A DNA stretch of 63,713 nucleotides, filler included, from Atractiella rhizophila (taxonomy: Eukaryota): NCBI GenBank assembly GCA_021432655.1. It is 4 parts of 3 records of this genome, joined end to end, with 100 filler letters (N's around TTAATTAATTAA, not from the genome) between each part and the next. Parts side by side here need not be neighbours in the genome. Positions count along the whole stretch, not along the records: positions 1 to 24,662 come from MU271272.1; 3 more parts are not named here. One strand, given 5' to 3'. Position 1 is the first letter of the stretch; each line of letters starts with the position of its first letter. The notes under the pieces are model-generated. The model was not told where the DNA came from and did no database searches. It saw nothing but the letters and a program-made list of their open reading frames with translations. Of this stretch, positions 10,632-22,612 are shown one piece after another. The position numbers and the translations under genes are program-made.

Positions 10632-13600
10632 ATGTCTGCAGATCATCCTGTCAAGATCTTTGCGGTTACCGAGAACATCAAGAAAGCGAATCCTAAGGGA
10701 TTGCGGATCCTTTGCATCGACAATGGAGGCATCCGTTCCTTTTCCGCTCCATACATGCTGGAACAGATCATGCTTCAAGCTGCACAACTTCTCGACGTGC
10801 CGGAAAGCGAGGACCTCCGTCCTTGCGATATATTTGATCTCATTTGTGGAACTTCCACTGGGGGATGGATCGCACTTATGCTTGGGAGGCTCGGAATGAC
10901 CGTTCGCCAATGCATTGCGGCATATGAAGAGATCACCCTGAAAGTTTTTCTAGAAAACGACTCCCTCTCAAATGGCGAGTACGCTTACTCAGCGGAAAAG
11001 CTTGAAGAAACTTTCATCACTATCATCCAGCGGCATATGAACTCTTCTCAGGATTCTGCGAAATCACTATCCATGAAAGATGATTCTGTGCAAGACAGAT
11101 GCAAGACTTTTGTCGTTTCTACCTACGAGGCCAATGTCACCGTTTCCACGGAGATGCGCACCTACAATATTCCTGGTGCTTCATCATCTCCATTTTTCCC
11201 TGCGGTACTAATAGCGGAGGTTACGAGCGAGTTGTAGTAGAGCTCACACCGGGTTGAACTACCGTCCGCATTACGGTCTTGGCTCCCTGTGTTCTGTCCG
11301 CTAGAGTTGTGACCTAGGGGTTTAAGCGAAGCGAAGAAGTTGTCGATAGCGACATCCTAACAGCGCTGGATGCAATTGTATTGGACACCTTAGGTACAAC
11401 TACCCTCCTTTCTTCCCTCCTGCCCGTCGCCAGCGAGAACGTCGAAGGGTCTGGAACATGCACCCTNNNNNNNNNNNNNNNNNNNNNNNNNNNNNNNNNN
11501 NNNNNNNNNNNNNNNNNNNNNNNNNNNNNNNNNNNNNNNNNNNNNNNNNNNNNNNNNNNNNNNNNNNNNNNNNNNNNNNNNNNNNNNNNNNNNNNNNNNN
11601 NNNNNNNNNNNNNNNNNNNNNNNNNNNNNNNNNNNNNNNNNNNNNNNNNNNNNNNNNNNNNNNNNNNNNNNNNNNNNNNNNNNNNNNNNNNNNNNNNNNN
11701 NNNNNNNNNNNNNNNNNNNNNNNNNNNNNNNNNNNNNNNNNNNNNNNNNNNNNNNNNNNNNNNNNNNNNNNNNNNNNNNNNNNNNNNNNNNNNNNNNNNN
11801 NNNNNNNNNNNNNNNNNNNNNNNNNNNNNNNNNNNNNNNNNNNNNNNNNNNNNNNNNNNNNNNNNNNNNNNNNNNNNNNNNNNNNNNNNNNNNNNNNNNN
11901 NNNNNNNNNNNNNNNNNNNNNNNNNNNNNNNNNNNNNNNNNNNNNNNNNNNNNNNNNNNNNNNNNNNNNNNNNNNNNNNNNNNNNNNNNNNNNNNNNNNN
12001 NNNNNNNNNNNNNNNNNNNNNNNNNNNNNNNNNNNNNNNNNNNNNNNNNNNNNNNNNNNNNNNNNNNNNNNNNNNNNNNNNNNNNNNNNNNNNNNNNNNN
12101 NNNNNNNNNNNNNNNNNNNNNNNNNNNNNNNNNNNNNNNNNNNNNNNNNNNNNNNNNNNNNNNNNNNNNNNNNNNNNNNNNNNNNNNNNNNNNNNNNNNN
12201 NNNNNNNNNNNNNNNNNNNNNNNNNNNNNNNNNNNNNNNNNNNNNNNNNNNNNNNNNNNNNNNNNNNNNNNNNNNNNNNNNNNNNNNNNNNNNNNNNNNN
12301 NNNNNNNNNNNNNNNNNNNNNNNNNNNNNNNNNNNNNNNNNNNNNCTGGAATGAAGACAGCGAAGAGACGCAACTCTGGCAACTTCGATCTCCTTCTCGT
12401 TCGATTCGCCTCTGCTCAAGAAGAACGAGGACCTCAGTGCTTTTATCCTTGCCCTTCTTTCTTGGACCCCTGATGGTCTTCTGGCTGACGACATTATCGC
12501 CTTTGGCAATAACTCCAGCCTTCCCCATTCAGAGGATTCTGCTGTGCTTGTCACCTCAATCTTAAAAGTCGGACTTGCTGAAAATGTTGATGATACTCTT
12601 ACACACACCTCACGATTGCGCATGCTGGCCCCAATTCGTGAATATATCAACCCGTTTGGTGTTGGGTCCTCTTCCTCCTTTCAAAGTCACTGCTTTATCG
12701 CTCAATCCCTTGACTGAAGGTCTCATTGAGAAGGCTGGTAAAAGTTTTCGACAGTTTGAAGATGATGCTGAACGGATCGGACTGTTGACTTTTCGCAACG
12801 ATTTTCCAAACCTTGAACACATACTTCTAGCTGCCTTCAAACATCTCAAAGATCCAACGATGGGATTCAATTTCATCATCAAAATTTGGAGATTTCTATA
12901 TCTTCAAAGGCTCCTCTCAGCGGCATTGATCCAGAGTGCTTTATCCTGCAAGAAGCTTACATCACCTCCAGCAATCACAGCCGAATTGAAACAGGGTTCT
13001 TGGGTTATGTTTCCAACAGAAAGGGAACCCACAACAGGCAATGAAACAGTTTGAGGAGGCAAAGCAGCTGTATCTGGTGGTGGAAGATCGGCAAGGCCTG
13101 GCCCACTGCATTCGCAGCATGGGGGAGATCGAGCAGCGCTGTGGGAAGAATGAGGAAGCACTGAAACAATTTTGAGGAGGCAAAGCAGCTGTATCTGGTG
13201 GTGGAAGATCGGCACAGCCTGGCCCACTGCATTCGCAGCGTGGGGGAGATCGAGCAGCGTCGTGGGAAGAATGAAGAAGCCCTGAAACAGTTTGAGGAGG
13301 CAAAGCAGCTGTATCTGGTGGTGGAAGATCGGCAAGGCCTGGCCCCACTGCATTCGCAGCATGGGGGAGATCGAGCAGCGTCGTGGGAAGAATAAGGAAG
13401 CCCTGAAACAGTTTGAGGAGGCAAAGCAGCTGTATCTGGTGGTGGAAGATCGGCAAGGCCTGGCCCACTGCATTCGCAGCATGGGGGAGATCGAGCAGCG
13501 CTGTGGGAAGAATGAGGAAGCCACTGAAAACAGTTTGAGGAGGCAAAGCAGCTGTATCTGGTGGTGGAAGATCGGCACAGCCTGGCCCACTGCATTCGCA

Positions 13601-14810
13601 GCGTGGGGGAGATCGAGCAGCGTCGTGGGAAGAATGAGAAGCACTGAAACAGTTTGAGGAGGCAAAGCAGCTGTATCTGGTGGTGGAAGATCGGCAAGGC
13701 CTGGCCCACTGCATTCGCAGCATGGGGGAGATCGAGCAGCGCCGTGGGAAGAATGAGGAAGCCTGAAACAGTTTGAGGAGGCAAAGCAGCTGTATCTGGT
13801 GGTGGAAGATCGGCAAGGCCTGGCCCACTGCATTCGCAGCATGGGGGAGATCGAGCAGCGCTGTGGGAAGAATGAGGAAGCACTGAAACAGTTTGAGGAG
13901 GCAAAGCAGCTGTATCTGGTGGTGGAAGATCGGCACGGCCTGGCCCACTGCATTCACAGCATGGGGAAGATCGAGCACCATCGTGGGAAGAATAAGGAAG
14001 CCCTGAAACAGTTTGAGGAGGCAAAGCAGCTGTATCTGGTGGTGGAAGATCGGCACGGCCTGGCCCACTGCATTCACAGCATGGGGGAGATCGAGCAGCG
14101 TCGTGGGAAGAATGAGGATGCCCTGAAACAGTTTGAGGAGGCAAAGCAGCTGTATCTGGTGGTGGAAGATCGGCAAGGCCTGGCCCACTGCATTCACAGC
14201 ATGGGGGAGATCGAGCAGCGTCGTGGGAAGAATGAGGATGCCCTGAAACAGTTTTGAGGAGGCAAAGCAGCTGTATCTGGTGGTGGAAGATCGGCACGGC
14301 CTGGCCCACTGCATTCGCAGCATGGGGGAGATCGAGCACCATCGCGGGAAGATTGAGGAAGCACTGAAACAGTTTGAGGAGGCACAGCAGCTCTATTTAG
14401 CCCTTGAAGATGTGGGAGGTCAACTCAATTGTCTCTACAGTACTGCTTCTGTTTTCATTCAGGGCTCTCAGTTCATGAAGGCGATTGCATTTTATGAGCA
14501 AGCAATCATTGTGAGTCAGACAGTGGCCGCCTACTTGGAGGCATTCAGCAGAGAGAGAATGGCTCAACTACTCTTCCTATTGTCAAGGTATGCTGAAGCG
14601 AGGGAGGAAATTGTGAAAGCTCGTCAGCTTTATACAGAATGCTGTGCAGCTTCAGACATTGAAGACTGTGATAACTTGCTGGATAGAATTGGAAAGGCAG
14701 AAAAAGCAACAGGTGTTTTACAAGAACCTGCTACAAAAGAGGTTTTGAAATTGCAAGGTATTACTAGATTGTTTCGGTACATTTCGCCTCACAGTCTCTG
14801 TACAAACTGA
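10632..14810 (+). CDS. Fungal NLR-like protein: patatin-like phospholipase N-terminus, STAND (NB-ARC-like) region largely in gap, TPR array; frame disrupted in this assembly (errors or pseudogene)
   Basis: Patatin motifs LRILCIDNGGIRS and PCDIFDLICGTSTGGWIALMLGRL. After the gap an alternative frame reads TSISFSFDSPLL…LALLSWTPDG…RLRMLAPIREY, then NDFPNLEHIL, resembling the winged-helix region of basidiomycete NB-ARC-TPR proteins. This is followed by 40-aa TPR repeats. The P-loop is not visible (gap 11467-12345). Confidence 0.85.
13043..14400 (+). repeat. Coding tandem array: 11 near-identical ~120-bp units plus a degenerate 12th (TPR, ALKQFEEAKQLYLVVEDRxxLAHCIxSxGxIExxxGKNxx)
   Basis: The unit start gaaaca(g/a)tttgaggaggcaaagcagctgtatctggtggtggaagatcgg recurs near 13043, 13163, 13284, 13405, 13527, 13646, 13765, 13885, 14005, 14125 and 14245, with a diverged copy near 14366. 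Confidence 0.97.
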
Positions 14811-14959
14811 TCTTCTGTAGGGTTAAAGCTTCAGGCAAACGAAACAAGTCCATCATAAGGGAAAAGGAATCTTTTGATTGAAACTCTGTGTATAATGCAT
14901 TATGTTTCACCCTATATGCCATGGACAGTGGAGGAGTATTACTACCACGTGCCACTTTC

Positions 14960-17135
14960 TTGTCACGATTACATCTTGTACAAATTGGCACCTGTTCACC
15001 GATTTGCATCTCCTATTGCCCATTCACATTCTATGTGAATTGTCATCAATTCATCTGTGTGCACTCCTATCCCCACTTTACATCTCCCATCACCTGTTTG
15101 TGTTCTGTGTAGGTCGGCACTCATTCGCCTATTTGCACTCCCATCGCTGGTTTGTACCTCCTATCACTACTTGGAGCAATATTATTTTCTCTCCTCTTAT
15201 CGACCCCACATAATTCCACTGTTGCTTTCCCTTTTGATTCTCTACATGTTTCATATACTCTCCTCTAACTTTGTAGCAGTGTTATTCCACTTGTATATAG
15301 ATTAGATAGCAGTGGAGGTGATTACAGAGTATTCTCTTAGGTTCATCTCTACTACAGGTTAGTCTTCTCATATCATGTTATGCTCTTAGGTTCATCTCCA
15401 GTACAGACATATACTAGTCGATGACCATACCCTACCAAGACATCAGTTCTGAATAAAACAGATAGTTGTTAGAGCAGACACTATCTACAGTCGCCAATCA
15501 GTGGTATAGCTGTATGTCAGGCTTGCCCCTACGCATTACCGAAATGCACCATTTGAAGTCATGTGACCTACTTTCACCACGTCATAGGATCACGTGCCTG
15601 CCCATCGCCGCTTTGCTCATGTTCGCGCTGATCGCCACCTTCCCCTATCTCACACGAATCGCCGCTCAGCAAACCTTACACATTTCGCCAGTCTGCACTG
15701 TCTCCATTATTGCTTTATTTTCCTTTCTCACTTGTACTGCTCAGTATGTCTCATTTCCGAGTATTCCCTTTATTGCTTTCCTGATCTAGCTATCTTACAT
15801 GTTTCAAGAAACATATGCTACAGTTTATGGCAGTGCCTTTACATATGTATATATACATGAGGATTGTCAGGTTTGCATCTTACGCAAATCGGCGCCCGTT
15901 CGCCGGATTGCGTCTCCGATCGCCCATTTGCGTTCCCTGCAAATCGGCGCCCGTTCGCCACTGCGTCTCCCGTCGCCTATGTGCACACAGTGCAAATCGG
16001 CGCCCGTTCGACACTGCGTCTCCCGTCGCCTATGTGCACACAGTGCAAATCGGCGGCCGTTCGCCCATTTTGCACCTACATCACCACTTAGCCCAATTGT
16101 GCCTATCCTCCTCTTATTAACTCCGCGTAATCCCACTGTCACTTCCCCTTTTAATTCTCTTACATATTTCATGTGCTCTCCTGTACGCTCTGTGGCAGTG
16201 TTATTCCGCTTGTATCTATAGATCAGAGAGTAGTGGAGGTGACCTTAGAGTATTCTCTTAGGTTTATCTCCACTACAGGTTAGTCTTCATGTCATATCAT
16301 GCCCTTAGGTTTATCTCCACTACAGACGCATCGCCTATCGGCGACCGCACATAGTGTCAGCCCTAACAAGTGGCAACCGGGCGCCAATTCGCGTAGAATG
16401 CAAACGGGCGACCGGGCGTTGATTTGTGGGGAACGCAAATGGGCAATAGGAGATGCAATCTGGCGAATAGGTGCCGATTTGCGCAAGATGCAAACCTGTC
16501 ATCGGGAAGGCAACAGAGGAAATAATCAGAAGTAAGAATGATGAGAAGAGCAATACAAAGGGATGTCAAGATTGGTGCAGACCAGTGAAATGAATGGGAT
16601 ATACTGAGTGGAGCAGAGCACAGGCATATGCAAGATGATGATTGGCAAGAGTGTGAACTTGCGAAGTAGGAAAGTAGGTCACGTGACCTTGACTGGTGCA
16701 TTTTGGAATGAAATAGGAGCTCTGTATCTTTGCTAATGCTCCCCAATCACATATAAGTGAATGTGAGTAAAGTAAAGATATTTGATTAGAGAAAACAGAA
16801 AGCAAAATCAAGAGCCATGTTTATAACTCCAGGCCAGTGGTGAAGTGCACATGTTTGGCCGGCATCCGGAACACAAAACAAACAATTGAGATTGGTGTCA
16901 GCACACCTATCTCCCTCTCTCCCCTCTATTGTATCATTAATCTCCAACGGTTCAGGTAGTCAGGATTTCGGCTTAGCATTGTCCTTACGGTATGCTATCT
17001 GACACGTCACATTCCCACACATCTTTATGTCCACCCTGACAGGTGATTAGTAAGGGCACCAATCTGCGGAGTAGGAAAGTAGGTCACATGGTATAGGCAA
17101 GCACATTTCGATAGTGTATAGAACCAAGCCTGACA
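14960..17135. mobile_element. Cluster of decayed non-coding repeat copies (solo-LTR-like or non-autonomous element) in direct and inverted orientation
   Basis: The best-preserved copy spans about 15515-16350 and begins TGTCAGG. A direct, more mutated copy of its 3' part lies at about 14960-15430. Inverted partial copies lie at about 16370-16720 and 17070-17135 (gtaggtcac…aagcctgaca is the reverse complement of the 5' end). No intact ORF and no clear target-site duplication found. Confidence 0.7.
15883..16065. repeat. 53-55 bp minisatellite (~3.5 copies) inside the repeat element
   Basis: (c/t)gcaaatcggcg(c/g)ccgttcg starts at 15883, 15938, 15991 and 16044. Confidence 0.9.
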
Positions 17136-19118
17136 ATAATATCCCAAATGGAACAGTTAACTTGTGAATATTTGAGGACCTAAACCTGAATATCCACTCA
17201 GGCAAAATAGTGAAGACACCATTATGGACAACATCAAGTTGGACTTCTAATCAAGCTTGTTAGCCTTTATGAAGGCTGCAGCATTTGACACAGGAAGGCA
17301 TTAACACCAGTAGGAATTGGGCCAAACATCAAACCTGCTTGACAGGTTTGCCTCATGGCTCTTCAAGCTTTAAGCCTCCAGGTTTCAAGTTGACCTCTTG
17401 CATACAACTTGAACACTGCTGACGTACCCCATCCTGTCTGTACATACTATCACGTGACAACCATACACCAAAGACGGGCATGTGTGAGGCAAATGATCTA
17501 TTTCACTTCATCACCAACCAGATTACATACTTCCCCTGCAACGCATAACTCCGCAACCAAGTTTTTTAATTCAATCTGAACAAGGAAATGTAGACAAAGG
17601 CCACTTCAAGATAGAGCAAGGACCAACAGAAAACTCCATCTTAACCTTAAATAAGAACACAATGGCGATTGGACAAGATAGGTATTGGGCAAGATAAAAG
17701 GAAATAGGGCAACATAGGACTTAGGAAACAATGTAGGAGATCAGAGGATGAGGAAGGAAAAGAGGTGGAGCTAGGTGGAGTGCTGGAAGGAGAGGAAAGC
17801 TATAAAAGGGAAAGTTTAGAGGGAGATAACATTCCTCACTCATGCTGTGAGCATCCTGCACCTTCATTTGACTTCTTACTTAATTCTCTCACCCTCAGGT
17901 TGTTCTTATTGTAGAACGTCATAATAATTATTTTGCTTTTCAGAGCCTTTATATACTTGTGGCTACTTCTAGAATCTTCAAGAAAAGTAAGACAAGAAAA
18001 AACGAGGACTTGTGGCAAAAGGGAACGTTCTAGAATTGCCACTCAAGTGAGATGGCAGGATGAGTCATGAATGACAACACAGGTGCTTGCTTTGGGTACT
18101 TGGGTCAATTATAGTGTTGAAAAGCTCATTTTGTTTTTACAATTGCAAAACACCTGTTTACAATCCTAGTTCTTTTTCCCTAAGCTGCTTAGGTGTCTGC
18201 CCACCACACGTTTATTCCCAATTTCAAACTCTCCCTCTAGTCCAGGATAAGCGACTTCACTGCAAGCAGATGCAAAACGCACAAAATATTCCTCCAACCT
18301 CTTTTCTTTTCGATATGATGAGAGGCTTACCCCTTCAACAGGAGATGGTAAAAATTGCCCTTCTATTTTTCTAACGCACTCTGTGTTGTTTTTCTCTGCT
18401 GCTTTGTTAACCTCAAACAAATGTATTACGTTTGGCTGAGCTCTTGCAAACGCATGAGCAGCAGAAACACAAGAACAGGTGTTTATATACATGAGAGCTT
18501 GTGGCAAATAGAAAGTTCCAGAACGTTCATGAACAAAGTATTACTAACATTTTACACATCTCCAACACTCTGTACCATTTCTTACTCGTCTCTCCTCAGC
18601 ATCCAGCACTTGCCTACCAAGATCTGTCACGTTTTTTTGTCATCATCATCGGCTGTCATCAAGACACCTCCGTGTTTGTTTCTTAGTTCTCGAAATAATT
18701 CACCATTCCACGACATCTCCGTCAAATCCACTTGGCCGCCTCAAAATTGCCCTTCAGGGCACTTGTTTTATAGCTAGGAGCCGCGGGGTTGAGACTCCTT
18801 TCAGTGTGTCGGTCGTAAGAAGGTTACATTCTTCATTTTCGTGGCACCATCACTCGGCTAGTTGTAAACGACCAATCCAGCCTCCAGCAACGCTTTGCTG
18901 AGCCTTCTTATCTTATCGTATTGGCCCTCAGAACAAGGGTAATCGGTGAGTATTCCTCTTGCAACGGGGATTCGGGTGGTATGCTGGTAGGCCTGTCCAT
19001 TCAGAGTGTCCTAAAGCTTAGCAGGACCCCACTCTGACCATATGCACCCTATGGCCTCTTCGTATCTCATAAATCCTTGGAAATTGATGATTTATCCAGT
19101 TCTCCCACCGTCTATAAA

Positions 19119-22109
19119 ATGACGTCTCTTCACTCTCGCCCAAAGCCTTCCCTCGCCTCAAAATTCTCACTTCTCAACTCTTCGAACGGTGCGGTTATGG
19201 AAAAACTCAGCAACGGACGAAATTCTCCTTTGCCGTTGCCGATCCCTCGAAATTCTCGACTTTCACGATGGTTCAAGCCACTTCCAGTCTACGTCCCTCT
19301 CATCCACAGATGGGTTGAGGTTCCGGTCCTCTACTTCTTTCATCCGACATCCATTCCTCTTATCCCTCCCTCACTCCCCAATCCTCAGCACTCACGTCCT
19401 CTCACTTTCGGTGCGAGACCACCGGACACGTACCCTTTTTTTTATTACTCACCCATTCGCACGATCTTCGCTCTTCTCACCACTCTCGTCCTTTTCGTGA
19501 TTGCCGCTCTGTTTTCTTTCTCGTTCCTCAGGGTTGTTCTTTTCGGAAAGAGTCGTCATCTGCTATCGGACCCCTCGACATTAGTAATCTCGAAGGAGGA
19601 AATTCGGAGGATCTGGGAACACGAGATTGCGTCGGGTCACTATCCTAGCTGGAGAAGGATCCCTCTCAACTCTGGTATCAATAGTACGCTTCGTAATCCT
19701 GGACTTCCGAGAGATGGATCGGTGTTATCCAAGAACGTTGCTGTGCCCATAGACGAGGGAAAGATTCAAGGACCTGCATTTCAAAAGGACGGCCGCAACC
19801 AGCTCGGACCTATGAGAGCGCAAGGACTCTTCGATGCTGCTCAATTCACTGTTCCCGTTGGACTTCCTCGCGAATATCTTCCTATTCCGCAACTCAAAAC
19901 GTTTGCACCTCAAAATGCGTCTCAAGCGCCTGCATATCCTCCTAGGCCATTCCCTAATTCGATTTTAGACTTGGATATTGTCATGGATTATTGCGATTTC
20001 TCGACCAATCAGTATGTTAGGGATTGCTTGGAGATTCTTAGGATGGGAGCGGGGTTGGATGTGAATAAAAGAGCGAGGAGGGGGAAGGCGGATAGGTGGA
20101 GACATCTTTATTTCGAAAAGTCGACAGCGGAGGTGGAGCAGGAAAGCTGGACGCCTACCACTGCGGCCACGACCACAGCCGATGATTGGACGCAGGTCGA
20201 TATGCTTGGTCTTCTCGCCAACGATACGGATTTCGAGTCAACCATTCGACGCAGACAGGCTGATACGTTGAAGAAGCTCCAGGACCACTCGATCGGCGTC
20301 ACTCCTAAAACCTTCACTCCTCATCCATCGCATCCCACCGCTGACCCTACCTGCGACCCGGATCACCCGAAGATCTTTCATATTTTCTGGACTGGACCTT
20401 TCACTGATAAGCCTTATATCGCCCTCTCCTCCTTCCTCTTCACCCAAAATCTCGGTCTCCACATCGACCCTCAGGAAGACCAAAACAGCAGAGCGAAGTC
20501 TGACTTTCTTGCTAAAGTCTGTCGTCCGCAGCTTTGGATCTGGTGCAATCCCGGCCCTGCTTCTCTCCTCCCATCAGCGAGTGTTGAGAAGATGTACGAG
20601 ACACTGCAAGACAATCCGTGGTCGGCACCGTTCCTCCATCCGAGGTTTAAAGAGGTGATCAAGTTCAAGTTGTGGAATACGACTGAACAACTCGATGCGA
20701 TTCCCGAGCTGAAAGAACATTGGAGGGGCAAGCCAGTATTCAACAGTGGTGGAGTAAAATATTCGAACCCCGATGAGAAGAAGAAGGCAAAGTCCTCCCC
20801 GACTACTTCTCCAATGGCCGCGGTGGCCGTGGGTGCGAATGGAGAGGAGGAAGCGTTGAGCGGTGAAGAGTTGGGCAGGTTTGGAGAAGCAATGAAAGGA
20901 GAGGACGCGATTGCTCAGGACAACGCGATCGCGGAGGAATTGAAGACGGTCTCGATCGATTGGGATCAAGCTCATCCAGCTATCGCCACCTTCTCCAACT
21001 CGAGCCCTCCACGGAAGTCGACAAACACGTCTCGCTCCGCAACGTCACCCGCTGAGCCCACAGCTGGTGCTGATGACCTCTTCCATCGCGTTGGTTCCAC
21101 GTCCTCTCAGGGATATGACCGATTATCTACCGTCTTGTCCGACATGGTTCGTTTTGTGGTCACTTATCGATTCGGAGGCATCTACCTCGATGCTGATACC
21201 GTCCTGTTGAGAGATTGGGAAGAGTTGTGGGGATGGAAGGGACAATTTGCTTACCGGTGGTCGAGGCTTGAAAGTTATAATACCGCCGTGCTCAAGCTCA
21301 ATCGGAACAGTGCGATGGGTAGCTTCCTCTTCAAAACTGCGTTGCAGAATGGTCTCGATTTCCACCCAATGACGATTAGCAAATATACGAAGGATGCCTA
21401 TGTCGAACCACTCCTGTTGCGGCTGCCTGATGCCCTTTTCGATCCGGCTTGGTTGAATGTACGTGTCACCCTGCGGAAAAAGGAGTTGACTAAGAGCTCG
21501 TGTTTAGACGGAATACTATCAAAGAGACAGACCTCCATTCCCTTACTTCAAGAGGTTCGAAGACTTTTTCGGTATGCATCTCTCTGTTCCATTTTGTGCA
21601 GTGTAACGCTAATGCGTGATGTTAGATACTCCGAACGAAGAGGACGCTGTCCCGGCCGTTGCGGGAATGGAAGGGTTCTTTAAAGGTGCATTCTCGTACC
21701 ACTTCCACAATTTCTGGTGCGCATCTTTATTGCTTTGCTCTGATGGTTGTATTGACTTTGTCGTTTAAGGTGGGAGCCATTTGATCCACGACGTTCATGG
21801 CCGGACCTTGGACCTCGATTCATCGCTGGCGAGCGAAAGGCACGACGCAAAGTCAAGTCACTCACCGCTGCAGGTCGCCTACATGCCGAATCAGCTGGAC
21901 CAACAGGCGTTTCAGTTTCATCCAGTGACCCTGTGGTTGCGCCGCTCCAAGAGGAGGACGATGATGACAGCATCATCGATTGGCGCGACGATGTTTCCGA
22001 TGACGAAAGGGATCTTGGATGGGCGACGGTCTTGAAGCGCACTTTTGAGGCTTATCTCAGGGGAGAACGACCCAATTATTATGGAGAATGGTTAGACTGG
22101 GGAGAGTGA
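19119..22109 (+). CDS. Glycosyltransferase family 32-like (DXD) type II membrane protein
   Basis: N-terminal TM segment (IFALLTTLVLFVIAALFSFSFL), KIFHIFWTGPF, SDMVRFVVTYRFGGIYLDADTVLLRDWEELW, YNTAVLKL. Short 3' exons end …YGEWLDWGE*. Confidence 0.88.
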
Positions 22110-22612
22110 TTTTTCATTAGTGGTTCAAGGAGGACGGACTTTTATCACGAAGTCAGTGTGGAAGTGGGTAACGTAAAAACTGTTTTAAAGGATCTTTCAG
22201 TTCTTCTTTCAGGTTTTGGGGGACTGGTTTCGTGAGGAGAGCTTAGCGAGCTCGAACTTGAACTTTCGACTTCTCCTTTCATTTATAAGTCTTCTAGATG
22301 TTCATTCTATACCTTCTCTACCATTCAATTGATGTATAAATGAGATATTGGACTTTGGGCAGCGGAGTGAGGATGGTCAGGTGACGTGCCAACGCTTGTT
22401 ATTGTTAGAGTTCGATCCGAAAGGGAAGGCTCGATGTGGGCCAAGATTAGCTCATGGGACTGTTTCTAGCGCTTAGAACTTGAGGACCACCGACTTCCCC
22501 AGTAGAAGCCTGCAGAAGCCTCAACGAGGCAGGCAGGCGCTCTAATTCATAGAACTTATTTATACGGGCGACTCCCTTCTTTACTGCTCGAACTTGGCTG
22601 AAGGAACCAAGG

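Noticed and set aside
786..12345. Long ORFs in the supplied track that run through N gaps
   Set aside because: They are artefacts of translating N runs as X.
13160..14260. Programmed frameshifting or phase variation in the TPR array
   Set aside because: The indels sit in short homopolymer runs, and the same error type occurs in PAT1 and SRP101, so sequencing error is more parsimonious.
13043..14365. CRISPR-like or non-coding satellite reading of the 120-bp array; long antisense ORFs 12904-14342
   Set aside because: There are no unique spacers, and units translate as 40-aa TPR helices continuous with flanking coding sequence. The antisense ORFs are a by-product of the repeat lacking stops.
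17140..18780. Degenerate retroelement or transposase coding remnants
   Set aside because: The region is CpG-poor and stop-riddled, consistent with decayed repeats, but no RT, integrase or DDE motif could be read with confidence.
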